Source of the DNA: Lama guanicoe
Taxonomy: Eukaryota
Reading direction: 5' to 3'
Assembly: GCA_013239625.1 (NCBI GenBank)
Contig: MU054187.1
Coordinates: 6,025,757-6,089,756, forward strand
Length of the DNA stretch: 64,000 bases
Shown here: positions 25,934 to 39,954 of the stretch, in pieces
Position numbering within the stretch: position 1 is the first letter of the stretch
Layout: each line of letters begins with the position of its first letter
Notes under the pieces: model-generated
Database searches by the model: none
Seen by the model: only the letters and a program-made list of their open reading frames with translations
What the model was told of the DNA's origin: nothing
Made by a program: the position numbers and the translations under genes

Positions 25934-28900
25934 AAGCACCTGGCCCAGTGCTCGGTCCGTAGTGAGCACTTACTGAGTGCTAGTTACTTTCCCGCCCTGT
26001 TTTACTGCTGATTTTCCTTATGTGGTGGGTGTATAACCTGCAAAACACAGAATTTAATTATTCCAAGTGTTACACTTTAGTTTAGACCAGGAGCTCTCCT
26101 GACTTCCGTGTCGGCTGTGTCGCACCTCGTCTCTTGCTGCTCTGACTTGGGTTTCCTCTTCAATTCAACTGTCCATTGCAGCTTCCTAGGACAACTGGAA
26201 TCTATTTAGTCCACTAACTAAAGAAAGGTTTTTATATTAAGACTCCCCGCAACGTGCATGTGGGGAGGTGGAGCCTGTGGTTTCAGTTGTAAACTTAAAA
26301 CCCAAATGTGTCACCCCAGCCCTTTCCCCGCCGGAGCTTCCCCGCTGCTGGGGGGCCAGTGCCCCGGACGGCTCCCGGGAACGCGGAGAGGCCAGCCATC
26401 GCTGCGACCTCCTTGCACAGACACCACGCGGCCCCTCAGTCCTCCGTGAGATGCCTCGGGCTGGTCGACCGGAGGTGCGGAGGAAAGGCCCCAGGACAAT
26501 GAGCTAGAAGTGCAGCCCTGGCTCTTCCTCTCCCCTCGGTCAGGGCGGAGTTGATAGGAGACAGAATAAGACAACAGAACAAGGACAGAATCTGTGCTTT
26601 ATTTCCCCCGTTCTAGGACTTAAGTCTTGGACACTGTCTTAGGATAAGTTCCTGAAATCCTGGTTTGGTTGAAACTCCTGGTCAATTGAAATGGCAATCT
26701 CTACCCCACTGGCCCCACCCCGGGAGGAAGACAGACGCCTGACGGATGCCTCGGTGACTGGGCCCCCTGCCTCAGCTCTCGTTTTCATTGAGCTGCGTCA
26801 TGAAATTCTTATTCCGTTCAGGTCTTCGAGGGTAAACTGAATACCACATTGCCCACCGCTCCTGGAAGAGCGTCCCGCGACAGTCCCAGCGTTCTGCCGC
26901 CGCCATGGACGGCTTCTTCCCGTCTCGGTCCCCCAGGATGCTCTCCTCCCCTCCGCTCGGCCGGGTACCGGGCCTGTCCACATGTGAAAGACAGGCCAGG
27001 TGGGGCGCTGCTGCTGACCTGCCCCATCTCCGAAGCAGCTCAGGACTCTTGCCTCTTCCTGCATCCGGCTTCGTTCTGCCATATTAATCTTGATTCAAGC
27101 CTGTCTCAGCTCCTGGGTCTACAGTTTAAAGTTTTCACTTGCTCTTTGAAGACCTGCCACCACTCCCACCTTCCCCTCGGCCCCAGATCCCCTCCCCTGT
27201 TCCTCGTGCCCCCGCCCCCAGCATCCTAATCTCATGCCATTCTCTGAATGGTACCCAGTAGTTTAAGGCCCCCTTTTTTTCTGGTACTCCACCTCTTCTT
27301 CTTTTTTTTTTTTTTTAACTTACTAAACCACTCATAGGAAATTTCTCCCTTGTTTGAGTTTCCTTAGTGCTCATGTGCTTGGTTACGTATTTTATCTCAT
27401 CCTCCCTAGAATGTGGGCCACAGAATTGGTTGTTCATGTTTATTGACTGATCCAAAAGAGTGGCTGTCCTGTTGGTAGGCTGGGCGCCACACTGTGTGTT
27501 GGGGACATGGAGGTGACAAGGCTGTGCCCGGTGCCTACGGCCAGTGGGGTACATGGATGTTAAGCAGGTAACCACAAAAGCATGGAAAAGTGCAGTTGTC
27601 ACAGTTGTTAGGAAGAGGAGCAGCAGTGCCTGGTGCTGTGGCCTGAGTGACAGGCATTTGACTTGGATGCAGAATGACTGGTTTACCTGAGAAAGGGAAG
27701 CTTGAGTCGGGGCCCTCCTGCCTGAAGGCTGCTGGCTGCACTGGGGGGAGCTTGGTCTATACCCCAAGAACAAGAGGAGGTTACTGTGTGCCAGGCACAC
27801 AGATTGGAGGGAGCTGGAGATGGTGGGAGAGACCACTGCCCTTCAGTAAGAGGAACTGGGGACTCCACCCTAGTGTGGTGGGCGTGGCTGTGGACAGGTG
27901 GGTGGGGCTGTGATGGATTTTGCAGGTAAAGTCAATACGGTTTGATGGTGGATTGGGTCTGGGAGCCATCGGAGGAAGGTGTCCCAGGTGACTCCTGGAC
28001 TTCTGGTTTGCCTAAGTGGCCAGGTGGGTGGTTGATATTCCTGGGGACCCGAGCACATAGGGTGCCTGTGACACTAATGAGATGCCCTTTCTCTAGGGTA
28101 TGTGGCGTGGCTAGTGGAATATTGGCTGGATTTTCACGCCCACTGGCTTCCCCCCAGCCCTTGGGTAGTGAGAGCTGGCTGCAGTCACACGCTTGACTGT
28201 AGCAGCCCCGGGCTGGTCACCGAGATGCAGGTCACCAGCTTTTCCCTCCCCCCCCCTCCAAACCAGGAGAGATTTGTCTGCTTTTTTTTTTTTTAATCAA
28301 ATGACAGGCTTAAGTGTATAAAGCAAATGGGAAAGATCGAGCTAAGAGGCAGATTATATGGGACAGTATAGGTGAGCAAAGAGCACTTGATGGAGTAAGA
28401 TTCCCGAGAGAGGGAGAAGGGAGGACCAGCCTGAACTCTGGCGGGCCTGGCTGTGCTGCGGAGGCGGCCGGGCAGGACCAGTGGGCGGGGGCGGATGTGG
28501 GGAGGTGCCCATTTTCCTGGCAGGGTAGGAAGTGAGTGTACGTATTTATGCCTTGCCCGTACAACCAGAGTGTAGATTCACTGAGGACAAAGGTATGTGT
28601 GTATAAACGCGCTCATTTGTTTTTTTCGTTAACTCTGGGTTGCTAGCTCCTTAATTGCTGGGCTTCACTGAAAAGTTGGACTCACTGGAAATTCAGACTT
28701 GTTACCGGGGCTTATACATGAAATGGCATGTGAAAGACAGTCCAGTGTTTACCAAGTTTGCACAGATACACAGTGCGTGAGTGTGAGCCCTACCCACCTC
28801 CCACCTCCCACATTCCTGAGTGTAGCCGACTGGATTTTTGGTGATGGATCCGTAAATAAACCTCGGGGATTCCTGCTGACAGTTTGATCCTTGGGCTTTA

Positions 28901-31900
28901 GGGAAACGTACACCGCCCAGTCTTTGAAATTTGGACGTGAGATTCAGAGATAACGATGGCACACGTACAAGTGAAAGCAGAGGGAGAAAAGCTACGTGAA
29001 GTAATGGTTCTCTCCATCAACCCCTGCGAGTTAGTCAACATTATGTAATAACGTGAATCACACTTGTACCGTCTTTTATTTCTTACTGGGCACACATTTC
29101 TTACACACATCGACACTTTATAGCTGACATTTTATAGATGCAGAAACCTAGGGTTTACCCAGAGCCACACGCGCAGTAAGTGGATGAGACAGACTTAATC
29201 CCAGTCCTCATAACTCAAGGGCCTTCCCACCCTGGCCGTCCTGAGAGGCTGAGCGACAGGTTTTCAGTGGGCCCTGCAGATCCAGGTGTCACATTATCTA
29301 GTACAGACCCACAGACCTTTTTATGCTCTGGTGACTGCTCACTCAGTCTGGCTGCCGTTGGGTGATGTAGCAGGTTTTCTGATGAATATTTTGTTTTCTA
29401 ATTGTGTGTACACAGAATTACTTAAAATGGTTAAAATTTGAATTTGGATTTAGTAGTTGAGCCATTATGAATTGCTTAAGGTGGTAACATTCAAGAAGTA
29501 GAAGTAATTTAGTATGGCACTTAAAATGTTTAATATTTTTAAACACTTAATAAAATAGTGAGTTTTATGATACCACGGAATCTTTTTGTGCTCGATTAGA
29601 ATTTCTCTTACAACTAAACAGAACTAATATAGACAGTGCACTAGAACAATGCCCAAACAGTGTAGGTGATGAAAGAGCCAGGGACGATCCGGGACCACGT
29701 GTGTCGCTCGTGGTGCAGAACTTGTTACCAGAGCATCTTGCTCTGATTGTTGCAAGTCAATAGAAAGTAAGAATAAGAGTTGTAACACATCAAAAGGTAA
29801 AGTAGAGAGTGACACGTTGGTCTTCAGATTGTGAGGACACAGGTGTAGTAATTTAGCTATGATTTGCTGGTTTTAAGATGTTTTAAACCTGGTCAGTTAA
29901 AATACTTTGCCATTTAAAAAGTGAACATGTTGAAAGTTAATTTTCACATATAAACAAGAGGGAATTTCCTTCAACATTGTTTATTAATCTTCAAAGATCT
30001 TTAAAAGTATATATTAGTATTCTACAAGGGAGCTTGAAATCTGTGATATAAAATCTGATAAATGTTAAAGAAAACACTGTTCGGTGCTGCCTGGTATTGT
30101 CTTAGAACTTGTTGATTCCTGCATCCGCAGGGGCTGAAATATGCAAACATTGACAAAACTAGGTATATTGACACTGATTTCAATGACGATATTGTGAGTC
30201 TCTGCAACCAGGATGCTCCCTTGCTGGCAGCTCTCTCCTGGAAAGGAGTGTGACTGCTTTTCTCCTTTCCCGGTCCTGCGAAATTTGAAGACTGTACTTT
30301 ACTGTCTTACTCTTATTTCACACACTTGCTCCTCCTGAAATGGTGTAACTTAGATGGGTCTCTCACTGTAACAGATGTCTCGTTTCCTGATGGATGGATT
30401 GGATTAATGGGGAAAAAATGTTTACAAGTTACCTTTCTGTAAGAGTTTACTCTGAGAGATGTAATAGTAATTATGAAGAACTGGTGTTTGGAATTGGGTA
30501 GCTGTTGGTGGATAACTCACCCAGAACTTGCTGACAACCTGCTATGCAGGGCCAGGTGCATCCAAATTCATATTTGAATCGAACGCTCAGGCTGTAGTCT
30601 ACCAAAGCATTAAGATCGTTGATGTTTGTAGTCTTTGGCCAGTTGCAGTGCTGAGGAGAATTCCTGGAGGCAGTAGCTTTCCTGCAGGATTTAAAAAATG
30701 GGTGATAACCAGAGACGGTGCTGGAAAGGGCAGAGGCAAAACAAAGCTCTGTGTTTAGGAAGGAGGAAGAATGTGGTGTGGATGAGTGAGAGGAGATCTG
30801 AGAATGAGCTCCAGAAGGCTTTTTTGAATGAGCCTGGGTTTATTTCATGGCTGGAGGGAGCCCCCGAAGCCCTTCACACTGTGGACAGAGGACATCAGAC
30901 CTGCGCTTTGGGTATTCGGTGTTCAAATTCACATCCAGCCCCCCGCCCCCTCTCCCAGTCTCCCGGGTATACTGTCTCCACTTCACGTTCTTCCACACGG
31001 ACTCTGTAACCCTCCACTTTCAAAACATTGTCCAGGGTCATAGATGTGTAGATTTTACTTCCTCGGCGTGGCCTCTCAGATCTGCCCACCTTTAGTGTCT
31101 GCTGGGCTACTGCGAAGACGTCTTCCATAAACTGCTTGCACATGTTTGAAAAGTCTCTTTAGTGCCCACGTCTCCTCATTTCACACTTCTGCACCCCCTT
31201 CTTTGTGTTTTTCCCTTGAAAACCAAATTGACTGCCTCCCCCTGGCGCTCAGGTCTTCCATTCCAATGCCAGCCTAGCTTTGTACTTGTGTGTCTTCGCT
31301 TGTTTAAATGCGCCCACCAGCAGGCGTAGGTGGCTCACTCCTGGCCCCTAAACACACAGTGCTTTCCCTCCTCGGCGCCCCACTCGTGCCCTGTGTCCAG
31401 TGCCATGTTGTCCACTCAGACCCACCTTTGCCTGTCAAAATCCCGCTTGTCCTCAGGTTGTTGTAAATGCTACTTCTTCTGGAAAGCCATTTCCCATTGC
31501 TTGCAGTGAATGCAACTTCCTTCCCTTACGTTGTCTGCTTTCAAGCTGTTTGGGGCAGCGTTTCCTTGTAGATGATTCAGTCAGTAAACACGCAAGTGAG
31601 GTTCGGCAACATCTTGCCCCCCAGTGGCTTGGCACGTGAGTCTTTGCTGGCTGTTGTTCTCCCGGGGGGGGGCCCCCACCCGAGCCCTGGTCCTCTGTCT
31701 GCCTGCAGCACACTGACTGCCCTTGGGGAACTTCTAAGAATACATTACCCCAGTGCCTGCACCCCTGTTTTCTTCTTTTGCGTTATCAGCTCTTTGAAGG
31801 CAGTCTAGGGCTGTTTCAGTCTAATTCGTATTTTCCTGATGATGCTTGTTAAGAGTTAGGTCTGGGTTCTAGAACAGGTAGGTATGGTGTCTGTTCCCTG

Positions 31901-34875
31901 ATAGGTAACCAAGGTGCTTTTGTATAGCTTGTGACATTTTGGTTAACTCGATGAAATGGTGGGTTCCCTTAAAGGAGGAAACCCTGTGTATGCTTGACTG
32001 GAATTCAGCGTGAAGTTAGAGGAAGGTGGGGAAGGTAAACACAGTGTAAAATCCACTGAAGCTCATTTGTCTTAGTTTTGTGTCCCCGTCGCAGCCAGCG
32101 AACAGCCCACCAGAGTGGGTTCACAGGTTTTGGCTTAATTGAAAAATAAATAGAAATTCTTAGGTTAAAGCTGTTATTTTGTAGCTGGGTTATTAAGAGT
32201 CCAGATCACATTGCCTCCTGTCAGGGTTCATCAAGAATTTCTTGTTACTTTTTCCTCCTAGGACCTAGTGCAGGGTATCTCACATCCTATACATGTTTAA
32301 GTTTCTAAATAGAAATTGAAACTGTATTTAAGGGTGAAAGGAAACTTTAGTTACAATTCTCATCTCCAACAGCAACAATAATAGGAATTGACATTTCGAG
32401 ATCAGGATTCTCTATAGAGGAGTTTAAAAGTGTCTTCTAGTAATAATTTGTGTGAATTCAGATATTTTAAATTTGTTATTAGTGATGGGGTAATTAAGAC
32501 TGGAGATTCACACTTACAGTTGGTAGGAATAGTTTTGGATTTTTTTTCCCACACAGGTTTTCATTCCCCTAGTAATGCTGTTTATGCTAGTTGTTCTTAA
32601 AGCAGTTACAAAAATTCACTCTTAGTTTTGGGAAAGAATTCTCCAACTGCTCCTTTCTTTGTATCTTGTTTAGGTGAAAGTTTCCCCTGTGTTCTTTCAA
32701 AATTTGAAAGAAATTTTAGATGTCAAAATACATGTTCTTAATTCATTATAATTCTCTTTTGGAGTAAAGCAGGCTTTTACTGTTTACACTTATTTCCGAG
32801 TTGCCAGAGATTTCTTCCTGTGTTTCCCCATTCAGTCTGGGCTGCCACAGTCAGGCAGAAAGTGAGAGCACACTTTCTGTCTTGCATCTGTAGTGAATTC
32901 ATTATTCTTGTGTAGACTTTTTAGTTTTAAAATTTTGTCTTCACCTCACTGATGTTAGTCCCAGCAGCGATATTCCTTTTTAAAGTAGCACAAAACGACA
33001 CTGACCCGCAGGGTGCTGGCCGGTGGAGGATGGACGCCATGGCCTGACCTCCGTGTGGGTGGCCGGGGCCAGGGGTGTCCCTGCACTCACCACGCACCTC
33101 TCGGCCTTGTGGGAGATGACACCTGGTCTTTCTTCACTGGACCAACTGTGCTCACGTTGGTAAACCACCATCCTGACATACTGTTAATTTTGTCAAGTTT
33201 AAAATCGAGTTCTAATCAAGATTCAGAAACTCAGTGTGTCTCTGCTTGAGGACGTGGATCCGTTTTTCTTTGCCCCCCAACTCTTGCCACTGTTTTACAG
33301 TCATCTCAGGCCTTACCTGCGCCCTTAACCTGGAGGTGCTTTAGATGTGCGTATTTGTGTCACAGATGATCAGTCTGACACCATTAGGATTTAAAAATGG
33401 TACGTGTTTCTGAGGGGCAGATGAAACGTGCGCCTGAAAGAGCCGTGTGGCTGGAAGAGGCCGCTTTTCACCTCTGCTCGGGAGCGTAGGCGGGTGGCAC
33501 CCACGTCTGCCTCCTCGGCTCCCGCCTGGACAAGGGTTGGAAAAATGCACGATGTGTGCAGTCACCACTGCTTGCGCTCGCGGAGGCAGGAAGGGATGCG
33601 GAAGAAACTTGACTATCTTCGGAGAAGGAGATCAGGGTTGGCGTTGGGAGAGACAAATGAAACTTGTTTTTCAGTTTTTATTCTTCTCTCCTGTTGGATT
33701 TTTTTTCCTTTGTCATATCAGGTTATTTTCACACTAAATAAAATACAGCCCTTTAACACCCGGGGATAGGGATGGGTCCCTTCCGCTCTGCTCCACCCAC
33801 CAGACCGCACTTCTTGTCCACGTGGAGCCGGGAGGGGCCGCTGCCGCCCAGCCTGATGGTGATGCGCAGAAGGTGGAGGCCGTTTCCCCGCGGCGGGACT
33901 TTTACGACAGACTTAGGTGCAGCCCCGCAGCCCGGTCCTGGAGGGGGAAGGCGGCACCCCCAGGGAAAGCATCTCTGAGGCTTGCTGAGCCCTATTTCAA
34001 ATTCCTCTCTGAGGCGGAGAGGTAATAACGGAGTCCAGAGCAGTTTCCAGGCAGAGTGTGGCGGCCTCATCAGATACAGCTTTGCGGCCTGGCAACTTAT
34101 AACGAGGGTGGCATGTAATTAGAAATTGTCCCTGTCTTTTCTGAGTGCTGATGAAAACCATGGCTCAGAGGTTAATTCGAATAATAATTAATATTGGTCT
34201 CTGTCAGTACAGGGTGGTAATGAAATCTCTCGTTATTTGATGACTTTGACTTTAAATGTTGGGCGAGGAGTGGGAACGGCGTTACTCCTCACACTAATTG
34301 TGGGGAGACGCCGACAACGGAATGCAGAATGGCCAAGTTTGCTGTTCGGAAGGTGCCGGGCACGAAATTTCATTGTAGCCTGTGATTGCTTGCAGTTGAG
34401 CCTCTAACACGACATGGAGTTACTGCTGTGACTTTGTTTCCTAAAGTGACAGTTACTTAGAGTGACATTAGGCAGGTTTTCCCCATTTCCTACTGTACGT
34501 AGTGTTGGTTGCAGGCAGCATCGAATGACCCACTGAATCCTGGCAGGTTACATGTGCACGTTAATCCAAAGACAAAAACATCAAGTGGCCGGAGAGCCTC
34601 AGGTGTCCTTTTCAACCTTGAAAGTCAAGGATTCTGTCCACCGGTGCATCACGTTTGCTGAAGATTTTTTCATACATAGAGTTGGAAGTTGACAAATGAA
34701 GTAGAAGATACACTGCGGATGGGAGGAGTCATTTGGAGACGCGTGCGTATCTGTTAATACAGATCAGCTGTAGCTTTGCAGACCTGTCAGTGCTAAGTAG
34801 AGTTGTTTGGCTGGAATGGTTTTGGTGGAAGGAAGATGTTCAGGCAGGACTGTTTAAAAAAAAATTACAAATGCT

Positions 34876-34938
34876 AACTGAATCACTTTGTTGTGCATCT
34901 GAAACATTGTAAATCAACTATACTTAAAAAAAATTTTA
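34876..34938 (+). mobile_element. Extremely 5'-truncated L1 3' tip with TSD
   Basis: 'aactgaatcactttgttgtgcatctgaaacattgtaaatcaactatactt' plus an A-rich tail. It resembles the end of the L1 at ~47105-47165 in this window and is flanked by ttacaaatgct at 34865-34875 and 34944-34954. Confidence 0.8.
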
Positions 34939-37900
34939 AAAAGTTACAAATGCTTCACTGAGCAACCTGCTCTGAAATCAGTTTTCTGTTTTGAAACGGT
35001 TGGTGAGTCCCTCCAGCAGATTCTCTAAGGGTCGTGCTTGGTGTCAGTCCAAGAAACATCACTTTTTGCAGAGAAAAGTAACAATGAGAAAAGGAATTGT
35101 ATGAAGCCCGAGGGCCTTAAGATGCTTCAGGTGCCCAAACAGTAGAACCTTCCTACCACATGGAAGTAGACAGGGCAGTAGCATCGGCCGCCACGGACCT
35201 TTCACCAGGTTCGTTGACTCAGGGCCAGTCTTGTTTCCTTCACACCCACCTGCTTCCCCTATGCTCTGTATTATTTAGAAGCAAATCCCAGACAGTGTAT
35301 TATTTTATTTTAAAATATTTCAAATATGTGTCACCGAAAGGAAGGACTTCTCTCCGAACTAAATTGCTGTAGAAGCCTGTGTGAATACTTTACGGGGGTT
35401 TCTCTCGTTTTAACTCAAGGCAGGGCTGTATTTGAGGAGCGGCGTGGAAGCACGTTTTCCTCGCTGGGATGAGGGTGGTGGGTGACAGGCAGTCTTCGTG
35501 CTGTTGGGAGCAGTAGGTTTCATTTGATTTCAGGAGCAATCACAGTTCTGAAAAGAGATGGACGGGATAAAAACACTTTTATTTACAAGGGCAGCGTTCT
35601 CTGTAGGGTGTGGGTGTCAAGACCTTCGGAGGCCAGAGGCTTTGGGGAAGATGGTCCCAGTTGGTGAGATCCTCTTCTGCAACCATTGCTGTTTGGGGTA
35701 AACCAACAGAGACTGTGGGAGGAGAAATTGTGGAAAAAGCATCACACTGCACTCAAAGTGACCTCCTTTCCCCCCCAAAGCCCCATCTTGTCACTTCTCT
35801 GCTTAATACCTTGTGTCAGCTTCTCACTGCCTTCTTGCAGATCGGGAATTTGATGTGATTTCTAAGGCTTTTTCACCCCTCAGCCCCTTCGGGACCCTCA
35901 CTTTTCTGTCTTGGCCTTGAACGTTCTGCCCTCTCTGCCCCAGGTGCTGTGCAGGCCGCACTCTGTTGGAGCCCCGGCCACCTGCCCTCCCTCACCTGCC
36001 CCTCCGTTGCCCCTGGTCCTCTCTCTGGGAGACCTGCCCTGGCTGTTGCCCTGCCTCTAGGCCTCAGTGGTCTGTTCTGCTTTCACTGTCATTACCTGCG
36101 GGGACGTGGAAATACCAGAGCCTGGAGCAGCTCAACTCTCATCAGAGATGTGCTCTGTGAATGGTGGGTGGATGGATGGATGGACTTAACAGGCCAGCAG
36201 GGGCGGTGGAGGGGTGTGGAGGTGCAGGTGACGCAGGGGGGAGGGAAAAGGAAGGAGATTCCCCTGGCAGGGGCAGGAGGCAGAGAGAGAAATAGTCTGT
36301 CCGAAACATTAGTTTTTCGAGTTTACGGGATGGCTGCCTGCACGTCTCCTGGGACTACGGAGGACTGTGACTGGGACATGAGGGTCTTCCAGGTGACATG
36401 AAGAAACAGCAGTGACGCTGGCATGAGCTGCCTCCTAAAGGAGATGGGGGTGAACAGCTGACAGCGTGAGGCTGCTCTCTGGGCTGAGTCCTGGTTGCTA
36501 GGGACGGCTGACCCTTGTTCTCTTAGCACGTTGATCGTCGCGCCACGCAAGTCTGGGTGGCAGCTGTGTTTCCTCAGAGGCACCCGACCCGCAGTGGGCG
36601 ATCAGTGTGTTCACAGCTGGCTGTATCCCTCGTAGAATCAGTAGAATCCACAAGACTGCCCTGCGCGAGGGGGCCTGGCGGCCCACAGACGGCCTGCGCG
36701 CACCGGCTTCTGTGTGGTGAGGGGAGCGTCCCGGCCTCCGGCTGCGGGTGGGTTCAGGCAAGTGAGCCTTTGAAACACCTTGGAACAAGGCGTCTTCATT
36801 TTCTCTATATGGTGACACGCTCCCTTAAGAAAACAAGTGGAAAAACCAAAAGAAGCCACGTGAGAGAGTGGAAAAACCCCCAAACCTGGGAAGGAAATCT
36901 CGGCTCCGGCCCTGCTCCCAGCACTGCTGTGTACAGACAGAGCACCTGCGGGTTCAGGCCTCTTCCCTGCGTTCCTGAGAGGCGGGAACACACCCTTCAC
37001 CGCCTGTGTCCAGGCCCGGGCGTGGTGCGAAGGGGGGCGGGAGCCGGGGACACGGTGCCTCCGCGTGGCTGGAGCCCGGGACCCTCCCTGACGCCCCCTT
37101 CCTCATGCACCGCAGGTGTCACACCTGTCCTCAGAGCCCGTGGGTCCGCCTGCTGACTCTGCCGAATCCGACGGCTTCTGCCTCCCCTTCCGCCACCGCC
37201 GGCGTGGCCGGGTTTCCTGCTGGGGCTCCTGTGGCAGCTCCCCGGCTGGTCCCCCTGCTGCCCAGCCACCTTCAGTCCGTTCCCTCGGGGGAGGCCGCTC
37301 GCGGCTCCTGCACCCTCTGCCCGGGGCCCCCCAGATCCTCAGTTCCAGATCTTTGAAGGCCTCTTCCGGGAGGTTCCCCTGCCTCCACTTAAAATTGCAC
37401 CCCTTCCTCCAAACTGCCTGTCTCCTTTCTGTGCCGTGGGCGTTCCCTTGCTTTACCTCCTAGTTATTTTACCTCACTTTGCTTGTTAGCTCTGACTCTC
37501 TCCTCACTGGGCCGGAGGTCGGCTCCACTAAAGGACAGCGTTGCTGTCTGGACTTTCGCGGCTGCGTCCCCAGCGCCTGACACGTGGCGGAGGCTCCGTG
37601 AATGGTTCTTACGTGAAAGTCCTTGGCTGTTAATGGCCGGAGGGAACGAGGGTGTCAGTCTGCTGCTTTGTGGCACACGTCACTGGCAGGTGAAACGTCA
37701 CGGAAGACAGCAAATACCGTTATACCGCGGTGGCTTTCAGAAATCAGGCGTCTCTCCTCTTCGTAGGGCCAACATAGCAAGCTGATTAGCGAGCTAGACT
37801 CTCCCCCTTCTGTTTAGACTCAGGTTAAGCCCCTGTGGCTGGAATAGCGCTTTGGCGGTGGCGTGTCTTCGTCAGGGCTTTGCGTCGGGGGCGGGATGTC

Positions 37901-39229
37901 TCTCCGGCCTGTTTGCTGTTGATGTTTGGTTCGATCATTTGGTGAAGATGATGCCTTCTGTCTTGAAAGGGAGATTATGAGGACTCCATTCATAGCCTTA
38001 GTTTATCATTAGGTTGAATTGCAGTGATTTGCTTGCTTGAAAATGAAGGAAGGTGCGTCACTGTGGTGTTTTTGCTTAGTTACTCGTCATTACAATGTAA
38101 ACACTCCGTTTAGTTGTTACACTTGCTTTCTGTGTAGAACTTCTTCAAGAGCTGAGAATTGCTTTGCGTTTATTTGAGCGTATGTTTTGTTTATGCAGAG
38201 AGAGTGACTGTGGCCTTGACACAGACGGGGCCTTGGCTGTCACATAAGTGGCCCTGGTGTCTTCACTGGTTCTCTCTCCTGGTCACCCTGCCACTCAAGT
38301 GGTTAGCAGCTGTGCAGCGGTGGGTGGGTGGGGGGAGTTGAAGAGTGTGAACTAACTAGCCGTGCAAGTTGGTTGACGTTAAGTCTGATCACACGTTCAT
38401 GGCTAACACTTTGAATTCTGGGCCACCCCTTGAGAAATGCATGATACTCTTTGGATTTGGGAAAGAACTGGTCACCTGTTGGATAGGAATCTTTGGAGAT
38501 GACAGACTTCCTTTTTGAATCAATTAAGTCTGAGTTATGATTTCAGATGAGTAGACTGAAAATATTTTCTTTTGAGCTTCCAAAGCAGGAATATGGAAAA
38601 TTTGGACATCTTTCATTATGAACTTCCACAATTGTTAAGAAATTTAGGCAGGTGGATTGGTTTTATACCTTTAGAATGTTTGGAGCATGTGTGGGGTTTC
38701 AAAGATTCATAAACCCTTTTTTCCCCCCAAAATTCCCTTGAAAGTGAAATGTGTGTCAGCCGTGAACCGACACAATCTTTTATTATTGGTGTTGATGAAA
38801 TATGCCAGCTCTGGATTGTCTTGCTTGTGAATTGTCACTTGATCAGCTCTTCATACTTGGGGGGGCCCTGGGGCAGGTGCACAGGGCACACGGGTGTGCC
38901 CTCGGGGGCTCCCAGCCCGCAGACCCTCATCACAACGTGCAGGGTGTGAGTGCAGTGAAGGAAGGTGGGGGGCATTGAGGGCAGACCACGGGCACCCCCG
39001 GCCCCACGGCTGCTCCTGCTGGCCTGGGAGGAAGCCGAGACGTGGGGAGACTGAGTGACCCAGCAGCCAGGGCCACCAGCTACATGGAGCTGGATGGAGC
39101 CGGGTCAGCTCGACGGAGGGCAGAAATGGTAATAGATGATTTTTCTGGTATCCGGCTGATTGCAAGTATGCTTATTCCAAAATACTCACACCATAAAGCA
39201 AGTCTGCAGTGGAACGTGTGAGAGCCCCA

Positions 39230-39600
39230 ACCCCAGTAAACTCTGGCCCATGAGTTACTCTTCTAGGTTTTTAGCAGGAGGGAGGTTCCCACGGCCGTGC
39301 ATCTGTACGTGCGTAACTCCCTTTGCTCACAGTCCTGGGGCCGATCTTTTCACGTCCGTACAGAGAGCTCTGCTTTCTCTTTTCGAACTGCACAGACAGC
39401 GGCACCCTGTGCCGTGTCGCTTCATTTCCCCGCCCTCCTTTAACCGACATTTAGGTCATTTCCAGTGTTTCCCTGTTGAAAACAGCGCTGCCGTGGAGAT
39501 TAGCCCTTTCGTACCTCTCCACGCACCTTCAGGGTACGTTCTGAGGAGGCGGGGGCGCGGGGTCCCCGGCCGAGTCCGTTTTCCCTGGGCTGCCTGTCCT
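39230..39600 (-). mobile_element. Ancient L1 (L1ME-like) fragment, GC-shifted
   Basis: 'gacatttaggtcatttccagtgttt..aacagcgctgccgtgga' aligns with the recalled L1 antisense motif 'ggacatttaggttgtttccagtttt..aacaatgctgcaatgaa'. Confidence 0.55.
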
Positions 39601-39954
39601 TCCCGCGGCGCGCGGCTTGCCCACCGTTTCTGCGCCGGCCGCTGGGGACGTTGCCGTCCTTCGCGGGTGTGGGGGGTGCACTTCTCCCACAGGCAGTGAA
39701 GCCGAGTGCCTTCCACGTGTCTTTCGCTCTCTTGGGTTTGCTTCCTTAGCGCCACTCTTGCGCCCCGCGGCCCCCGGCTGGGAGCGCGCTCTGTGGTTGA
39801 AGGTCAGTGGCGAGCCGTGCCCTTCCCTCCCTTGTAGGAGAGCTCGGAGGCTCTGGCCGCCGGCTCTGAAAGCTGTCCGCAGGGGAGGGCCTGGGCCAGC
39901 AGTGCCGGCCTTGGCTGGGGGCCTGAGCATTCCCCCCAAAGTCAGTGAGGGGCC

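Noticed and set aside
32650..32680. Recursive splice sites (pyrimidine tract + AG|GT) here and at ~7832, ~12776 and ~25185
   Set aside because: None combines a YAG acceptor with a strong GTAAG/GTGAG donor; such matches are expected by chance in 55 kb.
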